Below, piece by piece: positions 54,679 to 64,000 of a stretch of DNA of 64,000 nt. Made by a program: the position numbers and the translations under genes. A model generated the notes under the pieces. The model saw only the letters and a program-made list of their open reading frames with translations, was not told the DNA's origin and did not search any database. Origin of the DNA: Octopus vulgaris. Taxonomy: Eukaryota. The DNA lies in contig OX597815.1 of assembly GCA_951406725.2 (NCBI GenBank), positions 116,064,001-116,128,000 of the forward strand, read 5' to 3'. Numbering within the stretch: the first letter of the stretch is position 1; the number at the start of each line of letters is the position of its first letter.

Positions 54679-54904
54679 CTAAAAAAAGAAAAAAAGAATA
54701 AAAGCAAGATGTACAGAATGTAAAGACAATATTTTATGTGGCTGTTGTTAAAAAATTGAATAATTATTCATGTACAAAGCTAGACATTTAATGAGGGCGA
54801 GGAACCAAGTTCTTTGTTTGTCATTCTCGAGAGTATTGAAAAATAATTAATGGTATGCAATTTCAAAAATTATTTTCTGTTTTCAATATTTCAATTTTAA
54901 AAAA

Positions 54905-55342
54905 TGGTGGCGAACTGGTGGAATCGTTAGCACGTCGGGCAAAATGATTAGCGACATTTCGACCGTCTTTACGTTCTGTGTTCAAATTCCGCCGATGTTA
55001 ACTTTACCTTTCATCCTTTCGGAGTTGATAAAATTTGAATTCTGGGGTTGATGTTATCGACTTATCCCTCCCCCGAAATTACTGGCTTTGAGCCAAAAAT
55101 TTGAACTCAGCATTTCAAAAAAGAAAAAAACTGGTGAGCTAGCAGAAACGTTAGCATGCCTGGCGAAATGCTTCGTGGCATTTCGTTCGTCTTTACGTTC
55201 TGAGTTCAAATTCCGTCGCAGCCGACTTTGTCTTTCATCCTTTCGGAGTCGATAAAATAAATACCAGTCAAGGAGTGGGGTTAATGTAATCGACTTACCC
55301 AGCCACCGAAATTGTTGACTTTGTGCCAAAATTTGAAATCAA
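54905..55342 (+). mobile_element. Two tandem SINE family B copies (CpG-retaining)
   Basis: Heads at about 54905 and 55132; TTTACGTTCTGAGTTCAAATTCCG...TTTCATCCTTTCGGAG core. Confidence 0.8.
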
Positions 55343-55743
55343 TATTTCAATCTAAAACGGCAACTGTAATAGAGGAATAGGTAGGCTTCTGGAAAACCAA
55401 CGCTGTAACGCAGTCTCACATTCCTGCAGAAATGATTTTCCTTAATTTTCACAGCTTGTCTTCTCAGAAAAATGAAGTAAAAAAAAAACTGTTCTACATC
55501 CCATGCGCCTACAGACGGAATAGAATGTATTCAATATTGTTGAGTGAAAGAGTTCTTATTTCATGAAATCGATATTTATAGAATGACCGGCTCCTTTCTT
55601 AAATACACTTCAGATTCGGAACCCAACATTCTGGTAAATATTTAGGAAACGTGTTGATAATTTTGTAAATGTCGATATACATACATAAATACTTACATAC
55701 ATACATGCATGCATGCATGCATACATACATACATATGTATTTA

Positions 55744-55963
55744 TGAGGGGATACTGAAAAGTTTATGGCTTTAAAGGTATCGCAAAATACCTGGTTGGAT
55801 GCTCAACCTTCCGAGCTCTTTTACAGGGCTTAGACAAACTGAAGGTCCACAGCAATAAGTGTGTGAATCTCAGAGGGAAATATGTTCAATAAAATCATAA
55901 TTAATTGATCCTCCTATATTTTCTTTAAGACAAAACCATGAACTTTTCAGCTCGCCGCCCTCG
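55744..55963 (+). mobile_element. Short mariner-derived MITE
   Basis: Imperfect TIRs GAGGGGATACTGAAAAGTTTATGG / CCATGAACTTTTCAG...CCCTCG; internal NKCVNLRGKYVQ resembles the mariner C-terminus. Confidence 0.65.
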
Positions 55964-55974
55964 TGAGTGTATAT

Positions 55975-56038
<64 letters not shown>

Positions 56039-56041
<3 letters not shown>

Positions 56042-56399
56042 AGATAATGGTGTCATTGAGACCCAAAGGTGTCAGGTAATGCTCATATTAAAATCTGTTG
56101 GACTTTTGGATTTTACTCAAAGAATATTGGAATATTGCATATATACCATTATGCCAATAAAACGGATTTACAAATTCAATATCCAAATATATCTTACATC
56201 TATTTTCTTTCATCCACCTCGCTCTCTATTTTGTATCACATCGAAACTAACTATGACTTAATTTTCCTCTCACACCGTCTCCGATGAAGGGATATTATTA
56301 ATTAATATCCTAGAAACAGCTGTAAGACCTTCTATCTATAAATGCTCTAATATATATACAGCCCTGGTTTTTTTTATCTTATTACGCAAAAAATTCTTA
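56039..56399 (+). mobile_element. About 360-bp hammerhead-bearing element (solo Penelope pLTR or retrozyme-like) within (TA)n
   Basis: Non-repetitive insert bounded by (TA)n on both sides; contains a hammerhead motif; no credible ORF. Confidence 0.55.
56277..56328 (+). ncRNA. Minimal type I hammerhead ribozyme (variant core)
   Basis: GTCT-CCGATGA-ag-GGATATTA-ttaat-TAATATCC-ta-GAAA-CAGCTG-TA-AGAC: stem I GTCT/AGAC, 8-bp stem II, palindromic stem III ACAGCTGT, GUA cleavage triplet. Confidence 0.7.
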
Positions 56400-57525
56400 T
56401 ATATATATATATATATATCTTTAGCTTGTTTCAGTCATTAGACTGTAACCATGCTGGGTACCACCTTGAAGAATTTTAGTCAAAAGAATCGACCCCAGTA
56501 CTTTTTAAAGCCTAGTAATTTATCCTGTTACTATATTTATCTAAGGCTATGGCTACTAAGTAAGAATAGAACTGAAATGACAAATATTTCGTTACCTAAC
56601 AGTAAACCTTACTAATAAATTACTCAGTATCTCCAGGATCCATAAGGGTTATAGGATTTACCATTATTATGGTCAGCGATTGCAGGTGGTATTTTCTTTT
56701 ACCATTTAGTCAGGAAGAAAAGCAACACATGTAACCCTTTCTTGAATTTTGAGATTAGTGGGAGGACAGGAGAAAGGTATCCTTAAACCGGAGACCTAAC
56801 CTGATTGTTTGTAACAGAGTGAACTTCACTAAAGGGAACTAGGTACTAATTAGTGGGATTAAACAGGGCAAATGATTAAGCTTTCCACTCAAGAAGGCCA
56901 CAGCAGAATTTGTACTCAGAACGTAAACAACCGGGACATACAATGCAAGGTATCTCACCTAATGCTCTTGCATTTTCACCAGTCATCCCTCTAGAAAGGT
57001 ACTTTATAATTTCCAATTTCACCTGCATTAAAATCTTTGCCCACTTTTTTTAAAAGAAGCAATGATTCATTGAATAATGTAATCTTTGATACACCATGTC
57101 TAGTAAAAAAAAATATTTGATCATAAGATTTGCTGGACGACGGCGACAATAACAACAACAACAACAACTTTTGCTTAATGAATATCTTTAATCCTTGATA
57201 TATTTTTGTATTATGCCATCTGTCTAATGCTTCTACTGCTAATAATAATCAGCCTTGTGACTATGTTAGGAATCACGTTCTTTTTAAATTCTTTTTTCTT
57301 ACTTCAGTTTTTGGCGTCGGCCAGGCTCGGTCACTATCGCTGAGTGTCTTCAGTCGTTTGTAACAACCCTAGTATTTAACCTGATTGATGATTTAACAGA
57401 TGATGAAAATTTGATCGATTTTGCAAAGGACGAAAAGCAAAACCAATTTGCGCAAAAATGAAAGTTAATAAGATAGAATTAAGTACCAAAGCATTTTTCT
57501 TCAACAAACTTATTCTGTCACATCT

Positions 57526-57590
57526 TATGTATGTATGTATGTATGTATGTATGTATGTATGTATGTATGTATGTATGTATGTATGTATGT
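57526..57590. repeat. (TATG)n microsatellite
   Basis: Directly visible. Confidence 0.95.
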
Positions 57591-58098
57591 ATAGGTGTAG
57601 GAAATGGGGACGGTAAATCCCTACATATGTTTCCAAGAAAAGCTGAACATGTGTTACATAACTAAAAGGTTAACACATATATTTAGCTTGACTTTTCTTC
57701 AAGTATTTTACCTACAGTTTACAAGTTCATTGCGACAATCATTTGTAAAGCGTAGGTAAAGGTAGCAGAAAAAAGTCAGGCTCAATAAATAGTTATATCT
57801 AAAAGTTACGTAACACCCGTTCAACTTTTCTTGGAAACATATGTCGTACTTAGTACGTATTTACCTTCTCCATTTCCTACAACTATCAATTTATAATTGC
57901 ATAATTTGCTATTTCCATTAATAAACCGTGTGCTGTATAGTTGCAGTCTTCTCATCGAAATTTCCATTAAATTCGATATGGGACGAAGTATGTAACACAC
58001 GTTGAAGAATAAACGTTGTTGATCAAGTATTATCTGCTTTGGGACATCTATATAACTAACTGCCTGTACCAAGATCTTTTTGGATTGCACCACTCTCT

Positions 58099-58102
<4 letters not shown>

Positions 58103-58181
<79 letters not shown>

Positions 58182-58204
58182 TGTGTGTGTGTGTGTGTGT
58201 GTGT
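58103..58204. repeat. (CT)n(AT)n(GT)n compound microsatellite
   Basis: Directly visible. Confidence 0.95.
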
Positions 58205-60046
58205 ACAAACTCATACATGGAGGTTAGCGTGCAGTTTCCAGCAAACAAATTTACTCAAGTTGGTTTGGTCGCACCGAGGCTATAGCAAAAGACACTTTCC
58301 GAAAATACTATGCAGTGAGAATGAACATGTATGTCGTGGATGCTTACCAACCTTTCAACCATTCCCAGTTAAGTATTCCATGTGATTTTAGGTAGTTCTC
58401 TCATAAATATTGCCAGCACATTTCAGAAATTAATTGACAACTAAATCTCCCGTAAATTCCTCTCGACCATCTTAAAAAAGGATGAAAACATTGAAAAGTT
58501 TGTTCATGGATACAGGTGTACGGAGAAAATAAAGATGCGATGGTCACAGCATGTATGTTTTTGACGATATATCTGCTCGATCAGGGTTAATCTGTGTTTA
58601 AACAACAATCAGGAAATATTTGATAATTACATGTCGATCTGGAGAACCTATATTCTGTTGTCAATATTATTATATATGCTAGAGAGGATATGAAATCTAA
58701 TTTTAATATCGAAATTTAGATTAGCATACATTGGTGTCTCGGAAATGATGCTATATGCCATATCGCTTTATAATATTAATCATAATATCTCATTTATTTC
58801 AGGTGTTCTAATGAGAAACATCTTAGATAGATAGTAATCAGTTGGGATTTCATCTGAAATTTTATTTTCATCCTGACAGGCTTTAATCGAGACACTAACT
58901 GTAAGCAACAAAAATATAAATTACTTTGTTAGCAATTTTGTCAACAGACAAACTGGCTTACATTCTCTCAGCAGAACATGATCTAGTGGGAAGATTTTGA
59001 TGAAGACTAGCAATATACAATGAAGATCATTCTTGTAGAATAACAGATCTATTCATTCTTAATATGTTCTGTCAGATTCGAACGTGAATGTCTGATTGCT
59101 AGTGTTTTTCATCATCGGAGAACACCTCTTTCTTTCAGACGATGTGTTTTGATAACACGCAATTCCCTTCTGTAAGGGAGCTAACTATGTGTTTCCTCAG
59201 TCAATGTTACTCCCGCTACATCTGATCTCTTATCAACGGTAAACCCGAACATTTCATCATTCGTTTGATACACTACCTAAAGCACTCTCAGTTATGATAT
59301 TGAGAATTTCGTTTTCGACAATAGGCATGTTCCACTACATATGTACATCTACCTGGATTTTCAATTTTCTACTAAACAAGGAATATTCTTCGACTGAAAG
59401 TGTAAAGTTCCAAAGAGTTGCCGCCTTCATATGAGCACACCGTTTGAATTATTGCGGTCCTCTGCATAACCTTGTAGTGTTATATTTTGTTAGGTAGTGA
59501 GGGCAGTGAGCAACAGAATTTCGATAACATTCCCAGGTAGTCTCAGCTCCGTGTTATTTTCCACATTTATTATTATCTCTTTGCTTGGAGGGGAAGGGGT
59601 AACAAGGAGGGTATCTAGGAGAAATAATAGCGTTTGGCTAATTTCTCTTCTCCGGAAAAAAAATTAACAGAGATAAAATTAAGAAGTTTGTTTGCCAATA
59701 TATTCACACACGAGCGCGCCCCTTTACAAAAACACACATGCAAGTGCATGGATAGGCATACATAATCAATAAATTGCTTATTGATTCTGAACACTGATCC
59801 GAGTTTTCAAAATTGTCGATTTAAATAAGAATACACACATCTGCTCCAGATCAGTCTGGAGTAGGGTCAGCTGAAGATATCGGCAACTCGTACAGTCGCT
59901 CAGAGTTCATGCCCTTGGGATCTTACATATACAAAAGGGTAACGTCGAAATAAGAAATAAAATAAACAATTTTAGTCTTATATTTAATACATTATAATAA
60001 ACGCTTTATTTCTGCTTGTTATAGTTTTTACTCTTTGTCAAAATAT

Positions 60047-60422
60047 TTACCTCCACCAAGGAAGGAGGTTATGTTTTCATCAGCGTTGGTTTGTCCATCT
60101 GTGTGCAAAATAACTCAAAAAGTTGTGAACGGTATTTGATGAATCTTGCAGGAAAAGTTGGTAATGACACAAGGAACAGATGATGAAAATTTGGTAGAGA
60201 TCAGGGAATTTTTATGGATTCTTGAAGGATTTTTCATTTGTTATATTTACTTTACATGAAGTATTACAATGTTACGTTTTTAATTATCTCCCTTGAAAAC
60301 ACGTTCATCGTTTCACCGTAACCTATGGTGGCGTTGCTGTTTCCAAAATTTATTTTCGTTTCTCTATTAGTAATTTTACTCGCGTATCTATCTTAAAATG
60401 AGCTGCTTGGCGGAGGTCTGCA
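60047..60422 (+). mobile_element. Helentron/Helitron2-like non-autonomous element
   Basis: TTACCTCCACCAAGGAAGGAGGTTATGTTTT start and subterminal inverted CTTGGCGGAGGT; 3' hairpin appears truncated. Confidence 0.55.
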
Positions 60423-60423
60423 G

Positions 60424-60895
60424 AGGATGACATGATCTTTGGCTATTGGAATCGACTCAAAAAGCTGAGGCTTTGCTCCCTCCACTGCAGCTGTGAGCTC
60501 TATATCATCTGTATGATGTGGAAAATATTCCATCAACATTGCTCATGTTCAAAAATTCGCCCGAGGCTTGGCTCCCGTGCTATACGTCCATTACAGAAAT
60601 GTTCGTGTCGTATCACAACACTATGACAGAACTATTTCACCTCAATTGGCCCTACTCACTTCAACATCGTGCCAGACACACATAAAGGAGGAAAGTCACT
60701 TCAAATGATCCCTAGATGATTACCCCCAACAAATACCAGATAAACCACCCACACCCAGATATGTCTCTGAAAATAATAACCCTTTGCTTGAATGGGCTAC
60801 GGTTCTCCAGAGCTGGCTGTGTATCTCTTCCAGGTGGTGCTATTAAATTAAACATGGCCTGAGTCAACTTCGGCCGAAACTTCCAAGTAATCTAA
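60424..60895 (+). mobile_element. Decayed CR1/L2-group LINE 3' fragment
   Basis: YWNRLKKLRLCSLH...YIICMMWKI resembles the YWERL..L.LYSL.RRRERY.I...WKI motif. Confidence 0.55.
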
Positions 60896-61563
60896 TTTAT
60901 GCTGTAACCTTTTAATCAAAGCATGACAACGTGAGTAGAGGCTGATATCTTAACATTTCTGATGGCCTTAAGTATAAAAAAATTATTAAAGGTTTATATA
61001 GAACTACATTCAGAGTATGTCTATAAGCTATTGTGTTTAGACCTGGTTTCTATCCTCAAACTGTTCCGTTTTGTAGATGCAATTCTTTTTTTAATAAAGC
61101 ACCCCAAAATTAGAAAAACCAAAAATCTGCAACAATCTCGGTCCCATGAGTATCAGATAATGGATTTTCAACTGCGTAAAGAAACTGATTGTGGCGATCG
61201 TAGTTTTGAAGGTGATTGTGGTGAAAGCAGAGACAGTCTTGAAGATGACGATGGTCGAGATAAGTATGGGAGGAGGTTATGTTTTTGCCGGCGTTAGTTT
61301 GGGAAATTGGGCAATTTTCAGCATGTGTGTATATGGGTGGAAATGAGCTGCTTGGCGCCAAAATTCAGCTGACCCAGAGAGCCAGCCAATTAGGACCGGC
61401 CTTGAATTAAAGATATTCGTGACATGACCATCTAGTTTTCTTTTTCATGCATAATGTATCTATGACTACACTATTTAATGTATCACCTTTTATTTAAAAC
61501 GGTACACTTCGATTTGAAAGAAATTTAGCTGCTATTTCCAGTAAGTCAAGCGAGCATGTGGAA

Positions 61564-61717
61564 CAGACATGGGCAACCTTTTCGAGGAGCGGGCTGCATG
61601 CGACATGACTCAGCATCAAAGGATCGGGTGGGGATCGCACTACTATTAAAATTTGAAGTAATTTTTCGTTAGGTATGCCATTTGGAAAGTCTCACGGGCC
61701 GCAGGTTGCCCTAACTA
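61564..61717. mobile_element. hAT-type MITE
   Basis: CAGACATGGGCAACCT ... CGGGCCGCAGGTTGCCCTAACTA termini; degenerate 8-bp TSD ATGTGGAA / ATGTAGAT. Confidence 0.55.
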
Positions 61718-62352
61718 ATGTAGAGATTCTCTTACTGGTTGAGAAGCATTTATTAAGGAGTTTACTGAGAGGGCAAACGGTTAAGTGAAAACACTTTTAT
61801 TTCTTTGTGTAGTTGACCATCGGATCTTCCCATAATGAAAGTTCTAGAAGAATATTAATAGAAGAGACTCTCCAATGATTTTAACATTGCCAGCAAGACA
61901 AAGCATAAATGATCTTGTTGATACTCAGTGACGTAGCGTGAAATATGCAGTTACGCGGATTGCACAGGGTGGCCACTTTATATACGTGTGTTTGCTGTAA
62001 TGGAATGCATATTACATTTAAGAAAAGGGGCGACCAATTTGGCTACTACTCAGGGAGACCAAAACTCACACTACGTTACTTTTATTCTTGATATTACGAT
62101 CACTTTATGCCCTGGCGTAGATAGCCAAGTAGTGTCCGCTGGTAATGTACTTAAAAGTATCACAGTATCGTCAAATATTACGAACCCAGCTGAATGCGGA
62201 ATACTGTTTTTACTGATAAATGTGTTAGTTAACGTACTGTACACATATACACAACTATACCTACCATTTATAATATAAAATTGTGTCTGCTGTATTTTCT
62301 GTAATTTGGTATGTATTTTTTAATAGTGAGGTATTTCCGTGGTTGGCACTTT

Positions 62353-62410
<58 letters not shown>

Positions 62411-62850
62411 CACTTTCCCTATGTATATATATAAAACATAATAAAGGTGGCTAGACGCAATATAAAACCAAGAAGGAAGAATTAAGTTGTCACTAATAGT
62501 GACTGAGGGTGCACTGTAGCACCTACATTGCTAGAAATAAGAGTCAAAGACCCTTATAGCTACAAACATAACACAAGTCTATGTACTGACAGGGTAGTTA
62601 ACCGCTTACAGCGAGCGAAGATACTAAATTGGTAAACCAATTTCCCTTGAAATTAAAGCTCATTAGCTCCATCGCTTATAGTTATGTCAAATCCAGCCTG
62701 TCAGCATATAATTTCTACCATAAGAATCAATGGCTGATTCAGCAAAATGTTAATGGGAAAATTATAAAATAATAAAGGTCACTAGACAGGCGCTGTACAT
62801 ACATTGTCATTCTTGAGTTTTGTATACATACATACATCATGCATGCATGC

Positions 62851-62893
62851 ATACCTACCTACCTACCTACCTACCTACCTACCTACCTACCTA

Positions 62894-62956
<63 letters not shown>

Positions 62957-63039
62957 ACCTACCTACCTACCTACCTACCTACCTACCTACCTACCTACCT
63001 ACCTACCTACCTACATACATACATACATACATACATACA
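62851..63039. repeat. Compound tetranucleotide array (CTAC)n(CTGC)n(CTAC)n(ATAC)n
   Basis: Directly visible. Confidence 0.95.
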
Positions 63040-63645
63040 GTTGTCCGAAAATGCCATCACATTATCTACCGTTGAGACATGATGTAGCTAAGACAATCTA
63101 TAATGAAATCCGTCGGAAGGATAACCTCGAGGACAAAGAAATAAGAATCCACAATATGGTAGAAGCCATAGTCACTCATAATAAAAAGGAGTAGTGGGGG
63201 AATGTCCTAGTGAAGACCTTAATAAAATGTAAGCACAACAGAACTGATATAAAAATTTGGGATAGAGAAGAAAAACTGTGTACAGTTGTGGAAATTAGCT
63301 GCCCAGCGAATGTTAACATAAAGCTGAAGATCAGTGAAAAAGAACACCTACGCTGAATTATTGAGAAAGCTGCAGTTACTCTATCCAGATTATAAGTTCA
63401 CATTTATACCTGTAATTATTGGGGCTCTGGGATATGTAAAACACTGCCTAAATACCAGCCTTGAGAAATTAGGCTTCTCAAAACCAGAAATAGAAAGATA
63501 ATTCGAATTCTATAGATCCAATCCATCACTGAAACTGTAAAAATCTGTAAAGCTTTCCAGAAGTTTATCATTTAAATATATATGAGCATGTCTAGATATG
63601 CAACTATATGCATGAGAATACATACATAAAAACATACAAATCTGC
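63039..63645 (+). mobile_element. R4/Dong-like RLE non-LTR retrotransposon 3' fragment within (TACA)n
   Basis: SCPKM...RHDVAKTIYNEI, HNRTDIKIWDREEKLCTVVEISCP, IPVIIGALG and TVKICKAF; (TACA)n on both flanks. Confidence 0.85.
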
Positions 63646-63647
63646 AC

Positions 63648-63787
63648 ACATACATACATACATACATACATACATACATACATACATACATACATACATA
63701 CATACATACATACATACATACATACATACATACATACATACATACATACATACATACATACAAACAAACAAACAAACAAACAAACAA
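63648..63787. repeat. (TACA)n grading into (AACA)n
   Basis: Directly visible. Confidence 0.95.
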
Positions 63788-64000
63788 AAATACCCTGTTG
63801 ATGTTGAAATTCCAATGAGGGAACCTTGAATCTAGGTTAGAAAGCGGCCCTTTCTCTATTGGCCAGAAATCTTGAAATAAAACTAAACAATGATAAACAT
63901 AAAACATGCATGCATACACACATACATACATACATACACACATGCATGCATGCATAAAACATGCATACATACATGCATACATGCATACATACATACATAC

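Noticed and set aside
57927-58001. CGTGTG...CACACG-closed structure with internal hairpin
   Set aside because: Both hammerhead core motifs are mismatched, so it cannot be called.
60962-61297. 111-aa ORF with acidic tail
   Set aside because: No recognisable domain, splice signals or other support.
62804-63994. ORFs with PTYL, PACL and CMYV repeats
   Set aside because: Tetranucleotide microsatellite artefacts; only the R4-like portion has a coding origin.

Overview
Eukaryotic, AT-rich and repeat-dense genomic DNA. The SINE, RTE and microsatellite content suggests a coleoid cephalopod, probably Octopus (inference). Two host genes converge. (1) On the + strand is the 3' half of an EEIG1/FAM102A-family gene: five phase-compatible exons from 4691 to the stop at 32810, a candidate 12-nt microexon at 7941-7952, and possibly a ~10 kb 3' UTR. 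(2) On the - strand is a single coding exon (54013-54678) encoding a 221-aa secreted prepropeptide with a signal peptide, an 8-Cys domain and dibasic cleavage sites, probably a neuropeptide or hormone precursor of unclear family. The rest is transposon debris: RTE, CR1, Hero-like and R4/Dong-like retroelements, two tRNA-derived SINE families, maT, pogo, mariner and hAT elements, a Helitron, a Helentron-like element and microsatellites. Main hunt results: a near-canonical minimal type I hammerhead ribozyme in a ~360-bp (TA)n-flanked element, several decayed hammerhead-like motifs, a pogo-type MITE carrying a 357-bp tandem cargo, and a shift in CpG content just past the FAM102A gene. All calls were made by eye, without database searches.
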